A model generated the notes under the pieces. The model saw nothing but the letters and a program-made list of their open reading frames with translations. It searched no databases and was not told the DNA's origin. A stretch of DNA of 62,027 nucleotides from Candidatus Jorgensenbacteria bacterium GW2011_GWA1_48_11 (GTDB taxonomy: Bacteria; Patescibacteriota; Minisyncoccia; UBA6257; GWB1-50-10). The DNA is taken from NCBI GenBank assembly GCA_001003475.1, contig LCPF01000005.1, forward strand, positions 5,486 to 67,512, given 5' to 3'. Of the stretch, positions 51,443 to 60,224 are shown piece after piece. Within the stretch, counting starts at the first letter, position 1, and every line of letters begins with the position of its first letter. The translations under genes were made by a program, and so were the position numbers.

Positions 51443-53214
51443 ACCACTTCAGTGTTATAGCATGCCTCGCAGTAAATTATCTCTTTTCTTTCTGGCGCAT
51501 AGGACGTCTCAAATTCATTAAGACACTTGCTTTCACCGTGAGAATGCTTCGCGGTATTTCGATAGTTGCCGTTTTCGGAACTATTCCCGAAACATTGACA
51601 TTTTCTCTTCCAAAGCCGGAAAGGGTTCCTCAACCGAATCCTCTCGGAATTCCTGCAATTAGGACAAAGCCGAGGCAAAGGAACTTTAATCTGCCTATAT
51701 AAAGCTAGTTCGGTCGGAATAAGACGAAATGCAAACGTACACCCGTCTTCACACGAGCCTTTGTGAGCACATTCTATGGCTTTTTCCAATATCGAATCCG
51801 GCACGTCTTTAATATTATCCGGAAGTTCATTATTTCTCATAGTTACGGCATATTGACGTTCTCCCCGCTCAAACCAACGCAAGCCATTCTCCATCGCTTC
51901 TTTTTCAGTCATACGGAAATATTCATAAGCAACGGTTTCGTTATAACCAAAAGGAGACAATTCCGAGGGGAAAAATTCCCCATAGCCATAAACCCTACCC
52001 CTCGCATCTTTATAGGGCATTTCATTCATATGTTTAATGATTTTCGGGACTAAAATTTCGTACTTCTCTTTGGTATATTGCTTATTCAAAATGCAATATT
52101 CCTTATTTTTGACGCCAACACAACCAAAAATATGAGAAGAGCTAAAACAATTAATCGAGTGTTTCACGTCATGGGAATTAAGAATAATCCAAGAAGCGAT
52201 AACGTTATTGCCCGGATAAATGCTCATAGAATCATAAATCATCTCGCTTTTCGCGCCGGCATGACCAATACTGTAAGAATCTTTAATTCCGCCAGCGACA
52301 AGCAGAAGATACCGACAGTTTTCGGCGCCATCGAAAACATCAAAAGAATAGAAACAGTTCTTAGAGTTATAAATATTATCGCCGGAAGACTGGACGGAAT
52401 TGATTATCCGGTAAGGTCGAAAAATCGATCTTTTTCGCAGATCTTCAAACTGTTTTTTAAAATCTTCGCTCTGCTTATAACTACCAAAATCAATGCCTTT
52501 GATTTTTTCCGCATACTCCTCGGGAGAATAGGAGTGATTTAGAATTGAGTATTTTTGATTACGCAAATTAATGCAACCCAGACAATTCTGGCAATTACGC
52601 AGTTCAAAACCGAAACGGACGTCCAAACACGAATCAAGGTAACGCCCGAACGAAGTCCGATAATTATTCTCCGAATCAATCAATTCATAACAGAGCTCCC
52701 CTTTGTTAACCCAATAAAGATCGGCACTATTCTTCGTGTAAAAATTGTAACTACTGTACTCCGAATCTTCGTTCCAATCGCCGCCGAAAATAAGATAACA
52801 ATTTTTATTGCCCACGGAAAAATTGCAAAAATCGCTGTTAACCGCATCCCAGTTATTCATTGCGGAAAAAGGCACCTCCCGTATCAATTCTTTTATTTGC
52901 TCAAAAAACGGGCGTGAAAAATCGTACTCCCGGCCATAATCCATGGAGTCCCAAGAATCCCCGTTCCAATCATGCTGTTTCAAAACTTGAATATCCTTAT
53001 CCGGAGAATAGATGGAAATAATTTCTTCACCGGTCTGAGGATATCTTCTTTTGTATAAATTTCGGGCGTTGCGAAAACTCAAATGGCGCTGCCAACGGCA
53101 GAGCGGGCAAAAGGTCGGCGGCGGGACTTGGATTTTCTCAAAAAATGCGGAATCTTCGGGTTCTATGACGAATGAACCATTACAATTCTGACACTCACGA
53201 GTTTCTTGAACCAT
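51439..53214 (-). CDS. Cys-rich multi-zinc-ribbon repeat protein, P10
   Basis: MVQETRECQNCNGSFVIEPEDSAFFEKIQVPPPTFCPLCR. The second ribbon is lost (YPQTGEE...VLKQHDW). The tail is EIIYCEACYNTEVV. Confidence 0.85.
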   Translation of the reverse strand: MVQETRECQNCNGSFVIEPEDSAFFEKIQVPPPTFCPLCRWQRHLSFRNARNLYKRRYPQTGEEIISIYSPDKDIQVLKQHDWNGDSWDSMDYGREYDFSRPFFEQIKELIREVPFSAMNNWDAVNSDFCNFSVGNKNCYLIFGGDWNEDSEYSSYNFYTKNSADLYWVNKGELCYELIDSENNYRTSFGRYLDSCLDVRFGFELRNCQNCLGCINLRNQKYSILNHSYSPEEYAEKIKGIDFGSYKQSEDFKKQFEDLRKRSIFRPYRIINSVQSSGDNIYNSKNCFYSFDVFDGAENCRYLLLVAGGIKDSYSIGHAGAKSEMIYDSMSIYPGNNVIASWIILNSHDVKHSINCFSSSHIFGCVGVKNKEYCILNKQYTKEKYEILVPKIIKHMNEMPYKDARGRVYGYGEFFPSELSPFGYNETVAYEYFRMTEKEAMENGLRWFERGERQYAVTMRNNELPDNIKDVPDSILEKAIECAHKGSCEDGCTFAFRLIPTELALYRQIKVPLPRLCPNCRNSERIRLRNPFRLWKRKCQCFGNSSENGNYRNTAKHSHGESKCLNEFETSYAPERKEIIYCEACYNTEVV

Positions 53215-53217
53215 AGG

Positions 53218-54666
53218 TTAAATCAACGGTTCGGGATTGGAATCTTCTTTTTTCTCGCCGGATGATTTGCCGGTAATGATTTCTTTCTCCTGGGCGCTCC
53301 GGAAAATAGTCGCTTCTTCTTCGGCGATCAATTTCTTGGCGTCATCGACGGGAATCGTGTATTTCCGGCGCGAAGCCGCAACGATCTCTTTTTTGAAAGA
53401 TCTGTGATTGGGCGCCAAGACTTTCAGGGTCTCGGCGGAAAAGGGATCGTAAGTTTCACCGTCAATCGTCATCTTGACGTAAAACTCCTGCATGCCGAGA
53501 TTGATCATGTCTTTCGTATCAAAGATCGGCGCCATTTCCGGCTTCAGCTTCACCGCATCGTCGCCGCCCACCCGGAAAATGATGATCGAACCGACATTGC
53601 CCAAAACCGAAGCCTGCACCCTCGGCAAAAGCTGACTCATATACTGGTGGGCGACCGTAAGACAAAGGCCGTATTTGCGCGCCTCGGACATCAAATTCTC
53701 GAAAGTTTCCGTGACCAGATTATGGAACTCGTCAACGTAAAGATAGAAATCGTGGCGTTCGGCTTCCGGAAGCGATGCCCGCGCCATGCCCGCCTGCTTG
53801 ATCTTCGTAATGAACATGGCCCCGAAAAAGCTGGCGTTCTCCTCGCCTAGCCTCCCTTTTGAAAGATTGATGAGGATGATCTTTTTCTCCTGCATCAGTT
53901 TTTCCAGATCGATCTTGTTTCCCTTTTGGCCGAAAATGTTCCGCAACATGGGATCGGACAAGAACTGGCCGAGCTTGTTCACGAGAGGGATGATGGCGTC
54001 CGTGTCGAACTTTTCCGACCAATCGGCGAATTCAATGGCCCAGAAACGCTTGACCATGTCGTCTTCGATGTATTCCACGACTTTCTGACGGTAATTGCGG
54101 TCGGTCAACATCGAAATCATGCCCCGCATGGTGGCATGGGGATAATCCAAAAGCGCCAGGCAGGTGAAACGGAAAACGTGCTCCAACCGCGGCGTCCAGT
54201 TCGCGCCGAACTGCTTTTCCATCACTTCGATCAAACCCTGGGTCAATTGGTGCTTGAAACTCACGTCAATGTTGGCCAAAGGATTGAAAGAAGAAGGATA
54301 ATCCTTGTCGGAAGGATCAATGATCACTACGTCTTCAATGCGATTCTCCGGCACGAAATCCAAAATTGCTTCGATCACGTCGCCGTGAGGATCGATCAAG
54401 CAAAGGCCGTGCCCATTGGCCACGTCCTGCCGGATCAAAAGCTCAAGAAGCTTGGATTTGCCGACACCGCTCTTGCCGACGACGTAAAGATGGCGACGCC
54501 GGTCGATCCGTTTAATCCCAAAAATATACTTCTTCTCCTCGAGAGAGGCCACGTAATTGGTCCGACCAATGAAAGAAACGTCCTTAGGATCGATCCGGCC
54601 GTACATCGGCAGATCCGGCGGCGGCGGCGCATATTTGATTATTTGAATTTTTCCAGCCTTAGACAT
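53218..54666 (-). CDS. VirD4/TraD-like P-loop ATPase (ATPase-2), paralog of 32819-34642 without the zinc ribbon
   Basis: Walker A VVGKSGVGKS, Walker B FYLYVDEFHNL, and ARKYGLCLTVAHQYMSQL. The start is taken at MSKAGK (54666), 1 nt after the upstream stop. The track ORF extends to 54768. Confidence 0.65.
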   Translation of the reverse strand: MSKAGKIQIIKYAPPPPDLPMYGRIDPKDVSFIGRTNYVASLEEKKYIFGIKRIDRRRHLYVVGKSGVGKSKLLELLIRQDVANGHGLCLIDPHGDVIEAILDFVPENRIEDVVIIDPSDKDYPSSFNPLANIDVSFKHQLTQGLIEVMEKQFGANWTPRLEHVFRFTCLALLDYPHATMRGMISMLTDRNYRQKVVEYIEDDMVKRFWAIEFADWSEKFDTDAIIPLVNKLGQFLSDPMLRNIFGQKGNKIDLEKLMQEKKIILINLSKGRLGEENASFFGAMFITKIKQAGMARASLPEAERHDFYLYVDEFHNLVTETFENLMSEARKYGLCLTVAHQYMSQLLPRVQASVLGNVGSIIIFRVGGDDAVKLKPEMAPIFDTKDMINLGMQEFYVKMTIDGETYDPFSAETLKVLAPNHRSFKKEIVAASRRKYTIPVDDAKKLIAEEEATIFRSAQEKEIITGKSSGEKKEDSNPEPLI

Positions 54667-54667
54667 A

Positions 54668-55186
54668 TTAAAGTATTTCCAGTTCCTTGAGGAAGGCTTC
54701 GTAAGTGTCCAAAATCTCATTGGCGTCGTGGGGCTTGATCTCGTAATCGGGCGTGTGAACCAATTCATTCCTGATCTTATGAACCCGCCAAAGCTTGTCC
54801 AGCGTTTTGAAGTCGTCGGTGGTCAAACGCTCCAACCGATCGGCCATATGCTCGCCCCTGATGCCCAATTGTTTCAAGGCGTCGTCCGTAAATTTATCGG
54901 CCTCGATCACCGCCATAAGATAGGACTGCGGCGGATTGGTTTTGGCCTTGCCGCGAATGGCTTGCCAGCGCTTCAAAAAGATCGGATTCTTGAGAATCGT
55001 CTTTTTGGCGATGCCGGCGGGATTTTTCACGAAAACAGGACGATAATGCAAGGCTTTTATAAAAATAAAGATAAAGAAAACAAAAAGCAGAATGTCGATG
55101 AAAATGACAACCTCCCTGACGGCATAATAAATGCTTACCCAGGGAATCTGCAAAAAATAATCGTAAATTTGAACGAAAACAGCCAT
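54668..55186 (-). CDS. Membrane protein with a C-terminal helical domain carrying an R-x4-H motif
   Basis: TM helix VVIFIDILLFVFFIFIFI, and C-terminal WRVHKIRNELVHTPDYE. Confidence 0.55.
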   Translation of the reverse strand: MAVFVQIYDYFLQIPWVSIYYAVREVVIFIDILLFVFFIFIFIKALHYRPVFVKNPAGIAKKTILKNPIFLKRWQAIRGKAKTNPPQSYLMAVIEADKFTDDALKQLGIRGEHMADRLERLTTDDFKTLDKLWRVHKIRNELVHTPDYEIKPHDANEILDTYEAFLKELEIL

Positions 55187-55193
55187 AAAATGT

Positions 55194-56585
55194 TTACCGG
55201 TATTTTTCGATTTCGGTTTCTTCGCCGAAAATGGCCAGGCCGGCCGGCGGGCCGGCTTTCCGACTTTCCACCCGCTTGATGTGCGGCGCGGTCAAAACGG
55301 AAGCCGTCGGCGGATGAAACAGGGTTGCCAATCCTTCGACGTTCATCTTGAAACGACGCGAAGCAAAATTGAAATTAAACAAATAAGAAGTGATGAAACG
55401 GCCCATCCAGGTCTCCGGCGGCACTTCCCGGATAAGATAATTGCGCAGCAAGCGCTGTTTTCGGTACTCATTCCTTACCCTGGGATAAACATGGGGCCAA
55501 TTCCAGATTCTCGTCCGGGTACTGACATGATAGTTCTGCCGAAAAGAATTCATGTTCAAAAGGGCATATTGGTTGAAAGCGCCGGCCAAACCGCGCCGGG
55601 CGAAACTATCAAAGAAAGTGGCTTTAGGCGACAAATAAATAAACCGGATCAGGGTGTCGAGGGCGGGCTTAGAAAGATTGTTTTCCACCTCCTCCAAAAT
55701 GTCGGTTTGCGCCGGCGTCCGCATGATCGGCACTTCCCGGGCGCCCATCTCGGGATCACCGCCTTTTATTTTTATAAGAGACGGCCTTTGCAATTTTTCC
55801 ACCATTGGCTCCCAAGCCTTGGCCCAGCCAGGATCGCCGGGCGCAATCAGGATTTGGATACCGACCGTTTCTTCCTTGTTAAGCTTGCCCAATATTTCCA
55901 AAAAGGCCGACATCGGATCCAAAAGAACTTTTTTCTTTTCATTCACCTCTTCTTCCTCGAAATGGGAATAGGTTTTTATGGGGAAGGCCTCATCTTTGGC
56001 TAAAACCATTTCCGAACCCCACAAATCAAGCTCATTATGGTACATCTCCGAAACCGCGGTCGGGAATTTATCGATGTAGTCATCGACTTCCACCACTTCC
56101 ACGTCTTTGTAGTAAGAAAAAAAGGCGGCTTCCACCAAATTCTTGAGCCGATTCCGGCAACGAACGTAAAAATGAACTTGGCCGCCGAAACTGACAATTT
56201 CCAAAGCAAACCAATAAGTTACTTCGCCTTCCCAATATTTTTCCTTGATGTCGCCGGGAGCGTTCCGAAGAGAATTAATGGAACGGAAAACCTGCTCCAT
56301 TGCCTGCGGCGTCTGGGATATTTCCCGCGGCATTCTCAACTCCAACATCACCCACTTGGTTTCGCTTTTGAAAATGCTCTGCCGCCAAAAAAGCCAGAGC
56401 GATTTTAAGGCCCACCAGAGAATCAGTAAAAGCCAGAGCCACCACAGGGCCAGAATGATCGCGAGCAAATTCGGTATCGGAATCACGATCAAACCGATGA
56501 TTAAAAACACAAAAAGCCAAATCTCTTCCTGCCTAAGCAGCCCCTCCAGAATGTCTATAAGATGCTTAAATAAATTGCGGATCAT
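55194..56585 (-). CDS. Hypothetical two-TM membrane protein (463 aa), first gene of the locus
   Basis: N-terminal Trp/Leu-rich helices (IWLFVFLIIGLIVIP, LALWWLWLLLILWWAL), then a large soluble domain. No family recognised. Confidence 0.6.
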   Translation of the reverse strand: MIRNLFKHLIDILEGLLRQEEIWLFVFLIIGLIVIPIPNLLAIILALWWLWLLLILWWALKSLWLFWRQSIFKSETKWVMLELRMPREISQTPQAMEQVFRSINSLRNAPGDIKEKYWEGEVTYWFALEIVSFGGQVHFYVRCRNRLKNLVEAAFFSYYKDVEVVEVDDYIDKFPTAVSEMYHNELDLWGSEMVLAKDEAFPIKTYSHFEEEEVNEKKKVLLDPMSAFLEILGKLNKEETVGIQILIAPGDPGWAKAWEPMVEKLQRPSLIKIKGGDPEMGAREVPIMRTPAQTDILEEVENNLSKPALDTLIRFIYLSPKATFFDSFARRGLAGAFNQYALLNMNSFRQNYHVSTRTRIWNWPHVYPRVRNEYRKQRLLRNYLIREVPPETWMGRFITSYLFNFNFASRRFKMNVEGLATLFHPPTASVLTAPHIKRVESRKAGPPAGLAIFGEETEIEKYR

Positions 56586-56671
56586 TGGCGTCTAATTAAT
56601 TTTACCTCCTTACCATCCGAAAATCTATCCCTTTTCTTCAAAAACAATAGGTTTGCGAGCGGCTAACGCCG

Positions 56672-56716
56672 TCAAAAGCAAAAATCAAATACCCCGCCTG
56701 AAAGACGGGGCATTTG
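56672..56716 (-). terminator. Rho-independent terminator downstream of the HTH gene
   Basis: On the minus strand: CAAATGCCCCG-TCTTTCAGG-CGGGGTATTTG followed by ATTTTTGCTTTTG. The one imperfect pair is G-U only on the minus strand. Confidence 0.65.
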
Positions 56717-56765
56717 ATCTGAACGGCATGTGATTTCTAACCAATGGTCAAAATCTCGATTAAAT

Positions 56766-57779
56766 CTAGGCTTCCTTCACATGGTAACGGCCGTCATCAA
56801 GACGCTTGAAATGGCGGCGGTTCTGAAGACTTAAAAGAACGGTATTTTCTTTCAAAAACCTCTGCTCGTTAACGAGCCGAACAACGTCGGTCTGCGGCAA
56901 GGGGCCCTTGGTCTTCAGAATTTTCGCGATCACCTGGCGGACCGTGCCGGGCTCAAAGCCCCGGGAACGCAAAGCATAAATGCCCCGGCCGACCAGGACA
57001 AAACGGTCGTCTTTGATCAGTTCGTTGTGGACGGTCTGAACGTGGGCCTGTTTCCTATCGATGCCCAGTTTCGTGATGTTTCTCGCGATATCCGAAAAAT
57101 GCAGGGGCTCGCCGTGCTTTTTCAAAACCAAGTAAATCTTGTCGCGGATCGTCTTGGGCTCGATATCCGGCCAGCTCCGCAGACCGACGTCGCCGAAAAT
57201 GTTGGTGCCAAAATGCTTCGGGATCATGAACAGGCTCGAAGCGGCGTAAGCCTTTACCCTGCTCAAATAATCCTTGCTCGTTTCGGCTTCTTTCCGGCTC
57301 TTCAGGAAATCGGTCGCTTCCTTGACGAAATCCAGGAATTTCTTTTTTGCCGGTTCATCAACATACCAATAAGCGTTGAAGTCGTCGTCCTCGCGGCTGT
57401 AGAAAGGCGCGCCAGCCGTCAAGAACAAAAAGCGGAGCTTTGCGTCAACGTGCTTAGCGTCGGTTTCCTTGAATAAATAATTAGCGACATCGGTCAAAAA
57501 GTAATCGTCCCGCCGCACGCCGCCGGCATTAGCCAGATAAGTGTGGGCAAATTCCACTATTTGAACCGCTTCTTTCTTTACCTTGGGACCCAGTTTTCTC
57601 AAACCGTCTTCCTCAATTTGTCTCACTCTTTCCCGGGTAACGCCCAGATCATTGCCGATCTCCTGGAGAGTGGCTTTGACGCCGGTCTTCAAACCAAATC
57701 TTTCAAACACGACTTTCCGCTGTTTCGAATTGAACTCAGCGGTCAAATTATTGATGAATTGATCGATATCCTTAACCAT
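56766..57779 (-). CDS. HTH protein with a sigma-70 region-4-like domain and C-terminal winged-helix repeats
   Basis: ATLQEIGNDLGVTRERVRQIEEDGLRKL is region-4-like. Later, LHFSDIARNI...RFVLVGRGIYALR and a second similar unit look HARE-HTH-like. Confidence 0.6.
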   Translation of the reverse strand: MVKDIDQFINNLTAEFNSKQRKVVFERFGLKTGVKATLQEIGNDLGVTRERVRQIEEDGLRKLGPKVKKEAVQIVEFAHTYLANAGGVRRDDYFLTDVANYLFKETDAKHVDAKLRFLFLTAGAPFYSREDDDFNAYWYVDEPAKKKFLDFVKEATDFLKSRKEAETSKDYLSRVKAYAASSLFMIPKHFGTNIFGDVGLRSWPDIEPKTIRDKIYLVLKKHGEPLHFSDIARNITKLGIDRKQAHVQTVHNELIKDDRFVLVGRGIYALRSRGFEPGTVRQVIAKILKTKGPLPQTDVVRLVNEQRFLKENTVLLSLQNRRHFKRLDDGRYHVKEA

Positions 57780-57819
57780 ATTTCAGTAATCAAACTTTAG
57801 CATATATATGGTTTACGTG

Positions 57820-57975
57820 TCAACCCCGTCACCAGATCGAGCGCTGCAACGCCCGCCCGCTTTCCTGAATTGAATATCGATCATTCACAAGTCAAGATTA
57901 TGATTGAAAAACATCACTAATCAACAGGCGTTGTGGAAAGCGAAGTGCTCGGCTCGGTGCGGGGTCAACCCCACG
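57820..57975. repeat. Hairpin (MITE-like) intergenic repeat, copy C
   Basis: GTCAACCCCGTCACCAGATCGAGCGCTGCAACGC ... GCGTTGTGGAAAGCGAAGTGCTCGGCTCGGTGCGGGGTCAACCCC. Its first 29 nt after the terminus are identical to copy A. Confidence 0.75.
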
Positions 57976-57976
57976 C

Positions 57977-58870
57977 TCAAACCCGCCTCTTCTGCGAGAG
58001 ATAGAGGAGCGGACTCGCGACGAAAATCGAGGAATAGGTCCCGAAAATCGTACCCACCAAAATCGTCAAAATGAAATAGAAAAGCGAGCTTGGGCCAACC
58101 ATGAGAAGTGCGATCAAAACCAGAAAAAGCGTCAGGGAAGTGTTGATGGAACGGGCTAAAGTTTCTTTGACGCTGAAATTGATGATTTGACCAAGATTAA
58201 TGGTCCGGCCGCGGTTCAGCATCAGATTTTCCCGAATCCGGTCGAAAACCACGATCGTGTCGTGAACCGAAAAACCCATGACCACGAGCAAAGCGACAAT
58301 GAAATTCGTATCGATCTCAATTCCCTTGAAATACCCCAAAACCGCCAAAAGACCGGAGGGAATGCTCACGTCGTGAAAAAGCGTAACGAGGGTGATCACG
58401 CCGTATTTCCATGATTTGACCGGCTCCGAAACTTTCCGGAAAGCGAAGGCAATGTAAAGCGAAATACCAAGAATGACGAGCCCGATCGCCCAAATGGCTT
58501 TAGTCCGCAATTCGGCACCGATCGTAGGACCAATCGAGGCGAAACTCTTTTCTTCCACGTTGCCCAACGTCTTCAAGGCCGTTAAATAACCCTGGTGCTG
58601 GTCTTCGCTCAAACTGGGCAGACGAACGATGAAACTGCCGTCCGAGGACTGTTTGATCGAGACGTCCGAAACGTTTCCGGCCTTCGCCAAGGCCTCATTC
58701 ACCTGGTCTTCGGAAAAATTCTGATTCGGGAAAAAAATCTGCCACTGCGTGCCGCCTTTAAGATCGATCCCTTCTCTTAGGCCCAGGGTCAGGATCAAAA
58801 CCCAGCTTAAAATCACGACCAAAACGGCGAAACCGAGATAATATTTTCTTTTGCCGATTACATCCATCAT
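57977..58870 (-). CDS. secF: Protein translocase subunit SecF
   Basis: 297 aa with six TM segments. GIDLKGGT start and the SecF-type motif FSVHDTIVVFDRIREN. Confidence 0.9.
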   Translation of the reverse strand: MMDVIGKRKYYLGFAVLVVILSWVLILTLGLREGIDLKGGTQWQIFFPNQNFSEDQVNEALAKAGNVSDVSIKQSSDGSFIVRLPSLSEDQHQGYLTALKTLGNVEEKSFASIGPTIGAELRTKAIWAIGLVILGISLYIAFAFRKVSEPVKSWKYGVITLVTLFHDVSIPSGLLAVLGYFKGIEIDTNFIVALLVVMGFSVHDTIVVFDRIRENLMLNRGRTINLGQIINFSVKETLARSINTSLTLFLVLIALLMVGPSSLFYFILTILVGTIFGTYSSIFVASPLLYLSQKRRV

Positions 58871-60132
58871 ATTTTTTTGTTTTTCACGAAAATCCTGAGC
58901 ATGGTCCGGCTGACCGTAATGGCCGAAAACATGCTCACGATTACCCCCAAAAAGAGGGTTAAGGCGAACCCCTTGACGAAACTGGAGGTGAAATAATAGA
59001 GGACGGCCGAAGTAATGAGGGTGCTGATGTTCGAATCTCGAATCGAGGTCCAGGCCCGCCGAAAACCCTCCTCGACCGCCGACGTCCGGCTTAAACCCTT
59101 TTTCAATTCCTCTTTGGTCCGTTCGAAAACAAGAATGTTCGCGTCAACCGCCATGCCGATCGACAGAATGAAACCGGCGATGCCCGCCAAGGTCATGGTG
59201 ACGCCGAATAATTTGAAGACGCCGAGCAAAAAGGCAATGTACATCAAGAGAGCGAACGAAGCGAAGACTCCGAAAAACCGGTAATAAGCGAGCATGAAAA
59301 TAACAATGAGGAGCGTGCCCAAGGCGCCGGCCCAAAGCGCTTTCGAAAGTTCGCCTTGGCCGAAATCGGCGCCGATCGTCTGCTGATTGACGAGGGTGAT
59401 CGGCGCGGGCAAGGCGCCGGCATTGAAACGCTCCACTAGAGCCCGGGCGCTTTGAACGGTAAATTGGCCGGTAATCTGGGCCTTGCCGCCCGAAATTTCG
59501 CTTTGGACGATCGGACAACTGTCCGCCTGATCGTCGGGCACGATCAAATCGTTATCGATGAAAACACAAAGCGGTTTGCCGATGTTGCGTTTCGTGATCT
59601 CCTCAAAAAGGACGGCGCCGTCGCTGTTGAAATTCAAATCCACTTCCGGTAAATTGGTGTTTTGCCCGAAACCGAGCTGGGCGCTCGAAAGATACCGCCC
59701 GGTCAAGCCCGTCGGCACGGCCACGGTACTGCTGCCGTTCGCCGCCACTTCCCGAAAATCCAGAAATGGCGTCGCGCCGATTTCTTTTATCGCCTCGCTT
59801 ACGTCCTTGATGCCGGCGAGCTCAACGATCAATCTTGTATCGCTGCCGGCAGTTTCAACGTAAATTTTCGGTTCGGAAACGCCGAACAAATTAACGCGTT
59901 TCTCGATCACGTCCCGCAAACCGTTCACGACCGAACCCTGGTCAGCCGCGTTCACCTGGCTCAAATCGACGCTGTAAATCAGGTAGCTGCCGCCGGCCAA
60001 ATCCAAACCCAAACGCCAGGGCGAAAACCGGCTGACCTTCTGCCATAAAGGATCGTAATCAAAGACGCCCGCGACGACGGCCAAAACCACGAGAACCGTT
60101 AAAAGAAAAGCCAATCTCTTCCGATCAGGCAT
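58867..60132 (-). CDS. secD: Protein translocase subunit SecD
   Basis: LGLDLAGGSYL and GMAVDANILVFERTKEE. A 4-nt overlap couples it to secF. Confidence 0.9.
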   Translation of the reverse strand: MPDRKRLAFLLTVLVVLAVVAGVFDYDPLWQKVSRFSPWRLGLDLAGGSYLIYSVDLSQVNAADQGSVVNGLRDVIEKRVNLFGVSEPKIYVETAGSDTRLIVELAGIKDVSEAIKEIGATPFLDFREVAANGSSTVAVPTGLTGRYLSSAQLGFGQNTNLPEVDLNFNSDGAVLFEEITKRNIGKPLCVFIDNDLIVPDDQADSCPIVQSEISGGKAQITGQFTVQSARALVERFNAGALPAPITLVNQQTIGADFGQGELSKALWAGALGTLLIVIFMLAYYRFFGVFASFALLMYIAFLLGVFKLFGVTMTLAGIAGFILSIGMAVDANILVFERTKEELKKGLSRTSAVEEGFRRAWTSIRDSNISTLITSAVLYYFTSSFVKGFALTLFLGVIVSMFSAITVSRTMLRIFVKNKKI

Positions 60133-60169
60133 AATATTAATAATCTACAATAACCAGGGAACAATGGCA

Positions 60170-60209
60170 AATGAAAAAAATTATCCCGCAAGCCAGGCTT
60201 ACGGGATAA
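60170..60209 (-). terminator. Rho-independent terminator
   Basis: On the minus strand: TTATCCCG, a 13-nt loop, then CGGGATAA followed by TTTTTTTCATTT. Confidence 0.55.
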
Positions 60210-60224
60210 TTCAAAGGCAAAATT

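Noticed and set aside
34962-53214. The strikingly periodic ~1.75-kb repetition could suggest a CRISPR array or a non-coding tandem repeat.
   Set aside because: Each period is a full-length open reading frame of 564-597 codons with conserved protein motifs and synonymous divergence. There are no short direct repeats with unique spacers.
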